From the NCBI GenBank assembly GCA_965287045.1, contig OZ336870.1, positions 123,814,001 through 123,878,000 on the forward strand: a stretch of DNA of 64,000 nucleotides. Reading direction: 5' to 3'. The notes beneath the pieces are model-generated. The model was not told the origin of the DNA, did not search any database, and saw nothing but the letters and a program-made list of their open reading frames with translations. The position numbers were made by a program, and so were the translations under genes. Within the stretch, counting starts at the first letter, position 1. Every line of letters starts with the position of its first letter. Of the stretch, positions 1 to 12,828 are shown piece by piece. The DNA is from Carcharhinus amblyrhynchos. Lineage: Eukaryota.

Positions 1-1249
1 GGTAGTCACTATGGAACAGGAAGAACAGTTCGTGCTGTTCATTTAAAATCAATACTTTGTAACCATTTGGAAATTTCCTGAAGTTGTGCGTTTTTAGAAA
101 ATATGTGGGTTGTCCAAAAGCTTCTGTGGAAAGCAATGAGGTAATAATCTCCAGAGTGGAGCACAGAGCTAGCTGGGCAGGCCTTGCAGAGACTGTAGGC
201 CAATGAAGCCTGTACTTGAGTACTTGTGGAACACAAACAGGTCACACAATTCGATCCACAAGGGTGTGATATCCAGACGTCAGTGAGTGAAGAATTTGGC
301 CAGTTGGGGGGAAAAAAATGAAAAATCTGGCTGCAAAAACCTTGAACAAATATAATCATTCAACAGGCAAGAAAATGTCCACTTTTTGGACGCTATGGAC
401 TTTAACAGGCGTGCTTTTCGTGATTTAAACAAGAATATAATTTAAAAGAAATTGGATAAAAATTAAAAAGTGGAGATAGAAGGGGAAAGGCAGGATATGA
501 GATTTAGGGTTCTTTCTAGCACTGTAACAGGCAGCATGGGTTCAATATGTTCCACTTTTATTTCTATTATATAATAACAGCTTTAAACCTTCCTGGAGTA
601 AAGCAGGACTTTAGATCAAACACATTTCAAGTGTGAGTAAAAAAAATTCAGTGGCCCCAATTTTAATTCAGGATGGGTTGGCACATTTGGATGTCACTGG
701 TGTCCTACAAGAACAGTCACCATCAGGTCAATGTCGAGTGATTGTACAGAGGATTACAAACAGGGGGAAGGACAAAACAAAACTGATCCCATACTCAGGC
801 CCTGTGGTGAAAGGAGAATTGATTGTATAATTTAAAACAGTCTCCATTGGCTTTGGGTGGCTTTCACTGCAGTCAGTCAGAATGGGGCAGGAAAGGAGTG
901 GGGTAAGTTCCCCATTTCATGTTAACAGGCAAGCATTGGGAATAACAATGGAAATCAACGGGTGAAGTTTAACAGCCTCCTGCCCATGGATTGGAAGGCA
1001 GAATGGCTCGTAAACTGCAGTGCAAGGCTTGCCAGCTGACTACATGCGTGCCCAAACCTGTTTCCCATTTTACAGGGGGCCATGGAGGTGTCATGTTTGT
1101 CTGCTCACCATTGGGCCCATCGAAACTCAAATAGTAACCACGGAAGTGCTCCATCCCATCTCAGCACTATTTTATGTGGGGGGAATAATAGAATGAGGAC
1201 ATCAGCTAATGATATTTAAATGTATGGTAATGGAGTTCCCAACCTTTCC

Positions 1250-1462
1250 CAGCCTGTTTGGGTACACTGTGGAAGAATTTAGCATGGTCAATCCACCTAA
1301 CCAGCACATTTTTTGAACTGTGGGAGGAAGCCGGGACACCCAAAGAAACCCACACAGACACAGGGAGAATGTGCAAACTCCACACAGACAGTGACCCAAG
1401 CCAGGAATTGAACCCAGGTCCCTGGCGCTGTGGGGCAGCAATGCTAAAACTATGCTACCGTA
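1250..1462 (-). mobile_element. tRNA-derived HE1/V-SINE-like element (partial)
   Basis: Reverse complement carries the tRNA-like head (…gggacctgggttcaattcctggcttgggtcactgtctgtgtggagtttgcacattctccc) shared with many copies in the window. Confidence 0.8.
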
Positions 1463-2371
1463 CCGTCCATATTTGGGGGCTCCCATTGAATTCTCCAGCT
1501 AGCCCACCCACTGTAAGCAGGGACATAAAAAGAAATTTGGACCTTTGTTAAATAATGTAATTCAGACTGACTTGTATGTTGTACACAATCCAGAGGCGAG
1601 GTGTGCATGCAGCATGCAATTAATATTGACAGAGCAAAGCTCACTCTGGTACTGCAGTAAGGACATCTAAAATACATTTTGTTCTTATGTGACACTTATT
1701 TCAAATGATCAGATGTTTCCTCAACTTACACTGCAAAACAAACCAATTTATTATAAACCTTAATTAATTTCCATGGATTCCCTGAAGAAGCTCGCCGTAT
1801 CAGATAATCAGCCACAATCTAATTCTGAAGAAGCTAGAACACTCAATTAACTGAGTGTTCTGGTTTGAAGCATTGTGAATTCACTGCAGAATGCGGTACT
1901 GATTGGTTTCACTGACATTTTAAAAATAATTCTCACAGCAATCCAAGTTACTGGAGAAACTTCCCTCGTCGCATTCAAGTGTTCCAGCTAATACTAGGGA
2001 GAAGAAACTATGGACAAAATAGAGGAAAAATGGCCTATCTTACTTACGTCAATAAAGTAAGCCAGTATAAACCACCATAGAGCCTTCACTCGACTAGAAG
2101 TGATGGACTGTAATAGAAAGAAAAGTAAGCTGTTAAATTAATTCTATCTTCCTAATTTTGGAGACAGCCAGATATTTTTTTCTAAATGAGCAGACAGCAG
2201 GAAATGCTAAAATTAACTCCTTGAAGGACTTCCTGCTTTTAATTCTATGCTCTGTTTAGATATTCCAAATGGCATATTGGCATTGCAATTCTCATTTTCA
2301 GATGTGACTCTGATATTCACATTAGCCTCATTGTAACTCACCATGTCAGTAAGTTGGGAAAATGGAGAATC

Positions 2372-3345
2372 TTTAGAGGAAGCTATTGACAAAAAAGGTC
2401 AGGGCAGCTGTAACTTTCAGGGCCACAGGTAAAGGGCGACCTCCCAGTCCATGTGGAGCAACTCTTGCATCACCTGGCACAAGTGGTCCACCATCCCCTG
2501 GGACACACGTAGACTTGTCCAGCACTGGATCTCTGACACTTGGAGGTAGGAAGATCTTCAGCGGAACACCCGTAGCCAGTAATGTCTCCTCTGAGGCTCT
2601 ACCATCTGTGGCCCTGCTCCCGGATGTTCAGCGGACCCTGCCTCCACCTCCTCTGCAGCATGGTCTTAACCGTGTGCAGTGACATATTGATGCCATTGCT
2701 TTCACTTGATAGTCCCAAATTAAAAACTAAAAGGAAAAGAACATTAAAGTGAGCGATAAGGAATCCTGACAATGTCCTGATGTGGGCTAATGTGGGGTGG
2801 GGCCAGTGGGGTGGGGCTAATGGGGGGGAGAGGATAATAATGGGTGGGGTGAATGGGGGAATGGAGTCCGCTGCCATTTTACAGGAATCAGTGGGGGAGG
2901 GCATCAGGAGTATGATCGGTGGTGGAACAGGGGGTCTGCAATCGGTCTGGGCGGTGGGATGGGGGGTGGGTGGGGCTGTGTCTCGGTCATGGGCCTCCAA
3001 GATTGCGGGGTTGGGGGAACTGTTTCAGGCTGACTGCACTAACAGGGGCCTGAAATTTCTCTCTGTCAGGTCCCTGCTACCGCTGATGTGCAAGTGCAGC
3101 ATTAGAGGCCTGCACATGCGCATAACCTGCCTCTGCAGGCTTTTGGACACGTTATGCATGTTACGGGCATGTTTCGGGCATGTTACGCGCCGCCCACAGA
3201 CTTCTACAGCGAGCAGCAGACTTGCTCAAACTTTTGCAGGCACAGTGAGCAGAGGGGGCCTGAAACCATGCCCAAAAAGTGGACCTGAAACTCTCCCAGT
3301 TTCAATTCTGCCCAGTGCTTAGAAATAAAATGGTAAAATCATCCC
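2372..3345 (-). mobile_element. PIF/Harbinger DNA transposon remnant
   Basis: Minus strand 2459-2376 translates APHGLGGRPLPVALKVTAALTFFVNSF, resembling the Harbinger/HARBI1 segment (…KVTAALNFFASGSFQ). A GC-rich subterminal region follows up to ~3345. Confidence 0.6.
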
Positions 3346-4139
3346 CTACGTTTGTCCGTCTGCAGTTTCAGATTTCGCACTCATACGCATCTCTGAGCAC
3401 CATTATGCCCCATACACTCCTACCCACATATGGTGTTCCTCCAACATTCTGACCATTTTCATTGCTTACTCTTTTTTAACTCAACTGTGTACTGCTCTGA
3501 AATCACTTCCATTTGTTCAGCAATTGCTTTTTCTTTAAAACCTCAATGTTTTGGTGAAATTCAGTTTATTGTTGTGCCAAACCTTATCTTTCCAAAATTC
3601 GCTCATTGGCCCCTTGAGTGAGCAAAGTATACAAATATGGCCCCCAGGGTGAAAAGGCAGGATGACCCTATACTATACAGTGAGAAACTCATGTACTGTC
3701 AAGCAAGCAATTCACTATATTATGTGTTTGTCACCAAAAAGACTATTTGATATTTAGGAAATGGCTGCTTTCTGTTGTAACCAATTAACTATTTTCACCA
3801 TGAGTCCCAACAGTGAATGCCAGTTATTTATTTTACATGTGATTTGTCACAACCAGCTTTACACATGTTCTGTTACAATAACTTATGCTCTAAAATTTCC
3901 CAATAAGGTCAGAATTAGGAGTTATGATGGATTTTGTTCTCCTCACCAGAGTAATGGTAAGGTCATAAAATAATGACAGATGAGCAAAGTCATTCAAACC
4001 ATCTTAGTGCATTCATCCATAATGACTTTAAAATCCACCAACTGCAACCTCCAATTGATTCTTTCACCTCCACTAAATTACCTAAGAACCTATTGAACGC
4101 TCTCTACATGAAGACCTTCCAGGGACCAGTCCTAAATTT

Positions 4140-4446
4140 GCACAGTGGCACAGTGGTTAGCACTGCTGTGTTATAGTGCCAGGGACCCAGGTTCAATTCC
4201 TGGCTTGGGTTACTGTATGTGTGGAGTTTGCAATGTTCTCCCCAAATCTGTGTGGGTTTTCTCTGGGTTCTCCGGTTCCCTCCCACAGTCTGTCAGACTT
4301 GCTGGTTCGGTGTATTGGCCATGTTAAATTCTCCCTCAGTGTACCCGAACAGATGCCAGAGAGTGGCAATGAGGGGATTTTCACAGTAACTTCATTGCAG
4401 TGTTAATGTAAGCCTACTTGTGACTAATAAATAAAGTTTAAGTTTG
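4140..4446 (+). mobile_element. HE1/V-SINE-like SINE, full length, 'gtaagcctacttgtgac' tail
   Basis: A/B-box head gtggcacagtggttagcactgct…gggacccaggttcaattcc, shared body, then tail ttcacagtaacttcattgcagtgttaatgtaagcctacttgtgactaataaa. Confidence 0.85.
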
Positions 4447-5129
4447 CTTTTTGTTCATTTAAATCTGAGTTCTCATGCTTCAATTTAACTCTTTATTTTG
4501 TAACATTTTCAGGATTTACCATGTACTATGATATACACCTTTTCATCTTCTCCTTTGAAATTGAAAAGTTTGTTTCCCCAGTCTTATAACTTAGATTTCT
4601 GATACTGATTAACACCCTTGTTTGAACTGTTGGCATTTATCTTGCACACAGCAATAAATCTAATATTATTCTTTACCCCCAGGTGAATCTTCCTTTCTTC
4701 AACTGATCACAGATCAGATGTGGATTCTATATAGTACTGGCAGTAGTATAGGATTTCTGCACCTGTGTTACGGTGTCTGACATATCAGCCATAAATTACA
4801 ATATTTCTATAACACAATGAGTGATTTTATGAGCACCACTGCAATACAGACCAAGCCTTCAAGAATCCTGTTACCTTCTTGGTATGAACTTTTCCACAGT
4901 AAAAATGAATTATGACAAAATATAAAAAGCTTTTATTTAAATTTTAAACTTTCTATTCTAAGAGCACATCCAACTGTACAAGTTAGAAGGATAGGAATAT
5001 TAGGGCAGGAATTCTCGGATGCCTCAGCTGCCAGTGAGAACAGACAATCTGGCACTCAGCTAAAGCTCCCTTCCCAGCAGCAGGACTGGAGAGTCCTGGC
5101 CATGGACGAGGTTGGAGAATCCTAGCCTA

Positions 5130-5475
5130 GGAAATGTAGGCCATTCAGCCCACAGGGTTTGCTCTTGTAATCATTTAGATCACGGAGGATCTGCAGTTCA
5201 ACTCCATTTTCCTGACTGTGCTCTGTATCCCCTGATACCCTTACCTAAGAAAAAGCTATTGACCTCTGCCTCAACAGCTTCAGGTGACCCAGCATCTACA
5301 ACCTACTGGGGACGAGAATTCTAAATTTCCACCGCACCTTGTGATTTCACACCCTGAATGCACTAACTCTAATTGTAAGATAATGTCCCTTTTGTTTTGG
5401 ATTCCTCCAGTAGAGTAAATAGTTATTCCATGCCTACCAAGTCAAGTCCTCCTAACATTTTAAACACCTCGATTA
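5130..5475 (-). mobile_element. CR1 LINE 3' fragment (decayed)
   Basis: Reverse complement resembles the ORF2 end and 3' UTR of other CR1 copies (aggccattcagccc…, gggacgagaattc). Confidence 0.6.
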
Positions 5476-5659
5476 GATCATTCCTAAATCTTCGATAACA
5501 CTGGAGGGGGGGGTTGTTTTCCCATCCCACCTGCCACAGGAATCGTAGCAGGTAGAGGGCAGATCATGCAAAGGTCTGTTGATCTCGGGCAGGGTTTTTC
5601 AGTTTTGCGGCAAGCGTGGCTGGAAAATCCTGCCTACTGGTAATCCTGCCTACGAAACC

Positions 5660-5762
5660 TTCCACACACCTGACAAAGGAACACCATTTCCGAAAGCTTG
5701 TGGGATTATTATCAACTAAACTGGTTGGACTTAAACCTGGTGTTGTGAGACTTCTTACTGTA
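5660..5762 (+). mobile_element. Penelope-like terminal repeat fragment with decayed hammerhead motif
   Basis: cac-ctgacaa-aggaacaccatttcc-gaaa-gctt-gtg followed by gttggacttaaacctggtgttgtgagacttcttactg; same family as 57799 and 63870. Confidence 0.6.
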
Positions 5763-6827
5763 ATATAAGCCAAATTTATGCAACCTGCCCTCCTAATTTA
5801 ACCTTCAATTTGATGAATCTGTGCTGCACCCCTTCTAAATCATTTTTATTAACCTTAAAGAAGCAATAGCTGTGACAAGTTATAGCATGCCGTGGAGTTA
5901 CAATTTAAACTCTGTAAATGATAAAGAAAGATTTTTTTTATTACCATGAAGTTGGGACAGAACAAAAAGCCACCAGAATAAGATTTTCTTTAACGATTAA
6001 TCACCAAAAATCCTTTTATTTCAAAAACTTAATTTTCACTATAAAGATATCAGCATGAGTGCAGCACCATTACGTGATTACACTGCAGTTAATTATAACC
6101 TTGGAGTGGTCAGGAGAGAAGTTAATGGCTTAGAACTTAAACCCAACATGTCAGTGCTCATAATGCATATGGTCAATATATTAAAGTGAGGGTAGTCATG
6201 GTGATGAAGACATTAAGCAGTATCTAACATTTACAAAACAATCTTTACAAATATGTCAGCAAAATAAGAACATCTCTATAGAGAACAGAATGAGATTACC
6301 AAAATGATGCATCTGATCAACTTTACTCTATGGATATGAAAGTTGGAATATAAGCAAGACAAGGATTTTTATTTGAATTAACTATTGCTCTTTGGGGTTA
6401 ATAAATCGGCATCATAATACATATTTATTTCAATTTGTCAAATCAAAATGAACTCATAAATAATAGAAATTATTTTCTGGTTGATTGTTAGATTATATTC
6501 AAACTCATTAGATAATGCACCAAACAACTTAGTGTAATGTTGTTTTATTATATTTAGTTATCTTTACAGCACTAACTATAGAATATATAAATGCCTCACA
6601 AATGATACTTTCAGAAGTCTATTCAATAACAGTTCCTACTTGTTGATGGCAGTTGAAAATTAACAGAGATTTGCATAAATGTTCCCCAGTCAAAAATATT
6701 TGTTTGACCTAAATAAAGTTCAAATTTAATGTTCATCTTTCATTATTATTTTCTCTAATGTATTCAGATATCAGGAAGAAGATAAATTAGAAGTTATTAA
6801 ACAGTGAGTTTTGCTGAAAACAGAGTC

Positions 6828-6863
6828 ATGTTGAAGCTTTTCACCTTGCACTCCTCAGAACAT
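6828..6863 (-). ncRNA. Minimal type I hammerhead ribozyme motif (Penelope-like)
   Basis: Minus strand reads AUGUU-CUGAGGA-GUGCAAGGU-GAAA-AGCUUC-AACAU: 5-bp stem I, CUGANGA/GAAA core, palindromic AAGCUU stem III and a UUC cleavage triplet. Confidence 0.65.
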
Positions 6864-7240
6864 TTTGCAAATCTGACATATCTTGTCAAAAAGTAAAATC
6901 CATGACTTTAGTACTTTTTAAATATCAAGTTTATTTATTAGTTACAAGTAAGGCTTACATTAACACTGCAATGAAGTTAGTGTCAATTTCCCCTAATTGC
7001 CACACTTTTGGTGCCTGTTCAGATCAATGCACCTAACCTATCACTTTTCAAACTGATTTATCTGATCTACCTGATGCACTTCTGAAAGTTTTTTTTTCAA
7101 TCTATAAATCTATAGTCAGAATTTTACTGCTCAGCCTGACATGAGAATCAGAGCCGGCGAGGGATGGACTTAGGGAACGTCTGTTGACCTTGGGCAGAAT
7201 TTTATAGTTTCGGGATGAGCGAGGCTGTAAACTCCCACCC

Positions 7241-8416
7241 TATGGACTTCAATAAGGCATTTGACAAGGTCCCTCATGGCAGACTGGTGCAGAAGGTGAA
7301 GTCACATGGGATCAGAGATGAATTGGCAAGGTGGACACAGAACTGGCTCGGTCATAGATGACAGGACAGCAGTGGAAGAGCGCATTTCTGAATGGAGGGC
7401 TGTGATAAGTGGTGTTCCTCAGAGATCAGTGCTGAGACCTTTGCTGTTTGCAATATATATAAATGATTTGGAAGAAAATGTAACTGGTTTGATTAGTAAA
7501 TTTGCAGATGACATAAAGGTTGGAGGATTTGCAGATAGCGATGAGGATCATCAGAGGCTACAGCAGGATATAAATCGGTTGGAAACTTGGGTGGAGAGAT
7601 GGCAGATGGAGTTTAATCCGGACAAATGTGAGGTAATGCATTTTGGAAGGTCCAATACAGAGAAGAAACATACAGTAAATGGCAGAACCCATAAGAGTAT
7701 TGATAGCAGAGGGATCTGGTGTACATGTACACAGGTCATTGAAAATGGCAAAGCAAATGGAGAAGATAGTCAAGAAGGTATATGGCATGCTTGCATTCAT
7801 TGGCCAGGGCATTGAGTTTTTAAAATTGGCAAATCATGTTGCACCTTTATAGAATCTTAGTTCGACTGCACTTGGAATATAATGTTGAATTCTAGTCACC
7901 ACACTGCCAGAAGGAAGTGGAGACTTTGGAGAGGGTACAGAAAAGATTTACCAGGATGTTGCCTGGTATGGAGGGCATTAGCTATCAGGAGAGGTTGGAG
8001 AAACTTGGTTTGTTCTCACTGGAACGACAGAGGTTGAGGGGCGACCTGATAGAAGTCTAAAAGATTATGAGAGGCATGGACAGAGTGGCTAGTCAGAAGC
8101 TTTTCCCCAGAGTGGAACAGTCAACTACTAGGAGGCACAGGTTTAAGGTGTGAGGGGCAAAGGTTTAAAGGAGATGTACAAGGCAAGGTTTTAACACATA
8201 GGTTGGTGGGTGCCTGGAACTCGCTGCCAAAGGAGGTCATGGAAGCAAATACAATAGTGATTTTAAAGGGGCATCTTGACAAATACATGAATAGGATGGG
8301 AATGGAGAGATATGGTCCCCAGGAGGGTAGGAGGCTTTAGATCAGTCGGGCAGCATGGTCAGTGCAGGCTTGGAGGGCCTGTTCCTGTGCTGTAATTTTC
8401 CTTGATCTTTGTTCTT
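7241..8416 (+). mobile_element. CR1 LINE, 5'-truncated (RT C-terminal part and 3' UTR), disrupted
   Basis: MDFNKAFDKVPHGRL…SGVPQRSVLRPLLFAIYINDL…SKFADD…WQMEFNPDKCEVMHFG, with frameshifts and a CR1-type tail. Confidence 0.92.
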
Positions 8417-8847
8417 TATTTTGATTTCTGGGCCAATATGTCTCAAATCTCCCTCTTTCCCATCCAATATACTACCATATTTCATGATTACTCATCTGTG
8501 TTTGTCTGTGCTGCTGCTTCCCTCTGAATGTCATTTTTGAAATGACAGAGAGGACTAAAGAAAAGCATCTTCTGTAGTTAAGGAAATAGGAAGTGTGGTG
8601 CTTCTATGAATGCTAATAATCTTGGGATAACTGTCATTTTACTGTACCTGTCCCATTATCAGTGCAGTCGAAAAATGGCATTGCAAGAGTGTAATTGAGA
8701 AAACAAGACAGTCATTGGTATTGAGAATGTAAGTGAAAATCTAGGATCCTTATGGAGTACATTGTCATATTTGGGGATCAAAAAGATAGGTTGTAGTAAT
8801 TAGGTTGGTGTGTTGAAAACAGAGGTCTTGTACCCTGAGATGTTATA

Positions 8848-9120
8848 ACAAAGATTTGCATTTATATAGTTCTGTATAACCTCAAGACATCCCAAAGTGT
8901 TTTACAAACAATGAAATACTTTTTGAAGGTGAGTCAATATTGTAATGTGGGAAATTTGACAGTCAATTTGTGCAGAGCAAGCTTTCATATACAGTGATCT
9001 GATAATGAGCATGTAATTTGTTTTGGTAGGGTTGAGATAAATGTTAATCAGGATACCAAGAAGAAAGCTCCAGCTCATTATTTAAAAAGTGTAATGGGAT
9101 CTTCTATGTCTACCTAAGAG
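8848..9120 (-). mobile_element. Deu-domain SINE (SacSINE1-like), decayed
   Basis: Reverse complement matches the body and tail of 25705-26130 (gatcccattacacttttt…, tatataaatgcaaatc). Confidence 0.6.
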
Positions 9121-9685
9121 AATTATTTTCAATATATTGTTTTAATATTGTATCATCTTGAGATATCATTCAAACACTTATTTGGCAGACTATAAATTCA
9201 AAAGAAAAAACTGAAATTTCTGGAAATCTGAAATATAAACAGAAAATGTGCAGGTGTAAATTTAAGTAGCCAGCACCAGTATAGTAAGAGGACAAGTTAT
9301 TAATGTTTGCATGTGCTTTTACCAGAATTGAAGACTGGGATATAAACAAGCATTTTTGCAAAGTTGCATAAAAAAAGAAAATAAGGCAAGTGAAAAGAAG
9401 AACCAACAGAATGGGTGTTCTTGTGTTAAATAACCTGCACCCTACTGAATAGAAAGCAGATAAACATGAAGAAAATATTCTGTGAGGAGATGCAGAGATA
9501 TAACAAGGACATTGGTGTTTTCAATTCTGTTCTTGACTTTTCACCAAATGTATCAATTGGGCTTCCCTAAGGAGCTGATCTTATGCAATTCACCACCAAA
9601 GACTTAAAGGGCAGAGAAAATTAGGTTTTTGAGGCAGTTTTAGTAATGGAAGACATGCAACAGTTATATCTGATTTCCAAGGAGA

Positions 9686-10030
9686 TAGTGGTGACACAGT
9701 GGCACAGTGGGTTAGCACTGCTGCCTCACGATGCCAGAGACCCAGGTTTGATTCCCATCTTGAATGACTGTCTGTGTGGAGTTTGCACATTCTTCCCATG
9801 TCTGCATGGGTTCCTCACACAGTCCAAAGATATGCAGGTTTAGGTGGGTTGGCCTTGCTAAATTGTCCCTTAGTGTCCCAAGGTGTGTAGGTTAGGGGGA
9901 TTAATAGGGTAAATGCATGGGATTGCTGGGATAGGGCAGAGGGTGGGATTGAATAAAATGCTCTGTCGCAGAGTCAGTGCAGGCGCAATGGGCCAAGTGA
10001 CCTCTTTCTGCGCTGTAAGGATTCTATGAG
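9686..10030 (+). mobile_element. HE1-like SINE with CR1-type tail
   Basis: tRNA-like head, shared body and tail gggccaagtgacctctttctgcgctgtaaggattctatg. Confidence 0.85.
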
Positions 10031-12254
10031 TGGGATGAAGCATATTCATTTGTGAAGAAGGATTGAACTACCAATAGCAGCAAATAGGAATAAATTAATC
10101 TTGTAAAGCACATGAGGAAGTGCTTTCTGAAAAATTGGATGTTTTTAAATTCCCCCATCAGAGCACCCATATGCAATTAAGATATATTTTCTACCCACTG
10201 AACTCTAAATGGAAGGGATTACGTCTATTAAAGCAGGTGAATTTGACATGAATGAATGCAGACTGACAGTATCAACTTAAAGTCCAACTGAATTGGTAAG
10301 GAGGAGAAGAAATTATTGATGGCAACAAAGCTCTGGATGTGCTCTGATACAATGCAAAGGAATCAGATAAGTCCATTCATTGCATTCCAATAGAAATGAC
10401 CCTGAACATACATGCAGCATGAGAATATTTGTTTGTAGGTTATTTAGAATTATATGTCAAATATATTAGAGATACCTAAGGCATCCATTAATGATTCATT
10501 GAAGATTTCAAGAACTAATTCCAAAGGTACATCATACACAACATACAAAGGTACATATTACATTGCATGCTAAATGTAGAAAAATAATTTTGCATATTTT
10601 AAAAAAACTGTACACTAAGCCATGCAATGAGATATTGAAAGTATTACCATAACAAGAGCAGCAGTGAAACCTCTGAGGCCAGCTCCATATTTGAAATCAT
10701 GGATTAGGCTATAGCTTTCAACGTGACGAATATTGGACAGCTAACAACTCCCAGCAGGGTTAATAAGAACAATAGAGAACAGTAAGGGATAAGATGTATC
10801 AACTTTCTGAGATAGAGGGGTGAATTCCAATTGTGAATCCCCTATTTAATTGCTTCACTGTTGGCAGCCATGTTTTCAGATGCCTGGTCATAAATTCTGA
10901 AATTCACTTTCTCTATCCTCTCTACCCGTCTCTCTCCCTTTATAATGAATCTTGGCGATCAGTGGCTGAGTGGTATTGCTACCAGACCTGACCCAGTCAC
11001 AGTTTGCCTCCCCTTTAAGATATGCTGGTTTGCTTTACGTAGCGGAGGCTAACTCTAACTGGTGTTTGCCCTCAATAGCACAGTTAGCCTTGGTTTGACG
11101 TTAAAATGGTCACGAAGCTGGGCAAGATAATTTCATCTCACCATCCCACCTACCCGGATTTTCGGAGGAGGCGATTGAATTTAGCCTCCAAAGTGTATCA
11201 GATGTTTGCCATAAAGGAAGTGAGGAGATTTTGTCAAATTCCTTAGCAGCTCGATATTTTACTCACGAAAGAAATCGGTGAAATTTATCTTTGTTATATT
11301 TCTCCCTGTTCTAAACGTGACAAAGAATCACATATCAGAAAATACAATTCTTGACAGAGACCCAGTTGAAGGATCGTATTTTACATTTGCACGGTTACAT
11401 TTTACATCGTGTTGTAACCCCTTGCATATTGTTGTTACTTGTTTCTATGCGAAGCATGTGAGGGAGTATCCAGTGCAGTCACTTTTTAACGCACTGATGC
11501 CCTATTCTCGGTTGTGGTGTTGATGCTGTTGGCTTATTTCACCCTATTGAATGAGAGCAGGGCGGATCACTTGGCAAAACACACGTCTTCCTGGAGAGTT
11601 TTTGGGTTCAATCCCAAGTTTAGCAGTATCAGGTGTCAGAATCGCCGTGTTTAAGGCTCTGGCATGTCGTGTGCTTCATCCAGTGCAAAATTAAAAGATC
11701 TCAATGATTCTGAAAGTCGGCAAAACACCAAGACCCGTTAGACTTTTGAATATCGGAGTCACAACCTACTTCGGTCTTTCAAACATTTGACTGATTTTCC
11801 AAGTGTGTTTTGAATCCTCTCTTGAAACCCCAGAAATAATATGCTTGTATATAAGGTTTATCAGAAACGTAAGTGAACTCGCTAAAGCTACATTTTCGAA
11901 AAACGCTAACATGACACTAAAGTGCAGAGCTGTGTGAAAGTTTCCCATTGGATCTAGACCAATTAGTCTTGCAATTATGCTTGGAAATATAAAGCAAAGA
12001 CCAACTCACAGGAGCCCAAACACATTAGCCTAACCCTCATCATCCGCCGCTAGCACTGGATGGAACAACTGCATTTGCTTTCCGTCCATTTTTCGCAAAA
12101 TGATTATGATTTAAAATTATTCCCAGCGGTATGGGGTTTGATAGTTGGCATATTTAGCAACCTTCTCCGCATTAAATGTGATTATTGACTAAATAGACGA
12201 ATCAATGCAGATAACATGCGTCAGCACAGAGAAGTCCGACAAAAATAAATTCAG

Positions 12255-12400
12255 AGCAAATGACTGCGGGTGCTGGAATCAGAAACAAAAACAGAAAATT
12301 CTGCAAAATCTCAGCAGGTCACCCAGACACGAAAGGTTGGCTCTATTCTCTCTCCTGTCAAACCTGCTGAGATTTCCACATCTTCTGTGTTTGTGTCCGA
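12255..12400. mobile_element. Internally deleted, imperfectly palindromic Penelope-like/MITE-like fragment
   Basis: acagaaaattctgcaaaatctcagcagg pairs with cctgctgagatttccacatcttctgtg; similar termini at ~9210-9260 and 61090-61175. Confidence 0.5.
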
Positions 12401-12554
12401 CAAAAACATGTTAAAAATAGCTAGAATTCCTAGAAGACAGAACACAGACCAATATGAAGGCCGCAACCAACTTCCCTGAATATAATGATGTTTTGGCGTC
12501 TAGCTAATTCGGTCACATGATTTGAGGAATAAGTTTAAATTCGGTTCTGTTTTA

Positions 12555-12828
12555 CTAAAGTTTAAAGATTGGTGCCACAAGTAGGTTTACATTAACACTG
12601 CAATGAAGTTATTGTGAAAATCTCCTAATCGCCACACTCCAGCGCCTGTTCCGCCAATGGGCCTAACCAGCACATCTTTCGGACAGTGGGAGGAAAGCTG
12701 AGCACCACAGAAAACCCACACAGACATGGGGAGAGTGTGCAAACTCCACAGAGACAGTGACCCAAGATTGGAATGGAACTCGGGTTCCTGGCACTGTGTG
12801 GCAGCAGGGCTAACCACTGTGCCACCCC
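12555..12828 (-). mobile_element. HE1/V-SINE-like SINE, 'gtaagcctacttgtg' tail
   Basis: Reverse complement of the 4140-4446 family. Confidence 0.85.

Noticed and set aside
2386-3322. 98-180 aa Gly/Pro-rich ORFs
   Set aside because: They lie in the GC-skewed interior of a decayed DNA transposon.
4145-4215. tRNA-like sequences (also at 9690, 60760 and 62180)
   Set aside because: These are SINE heads continuing into SINE bodies, not standalone tRNA genes.
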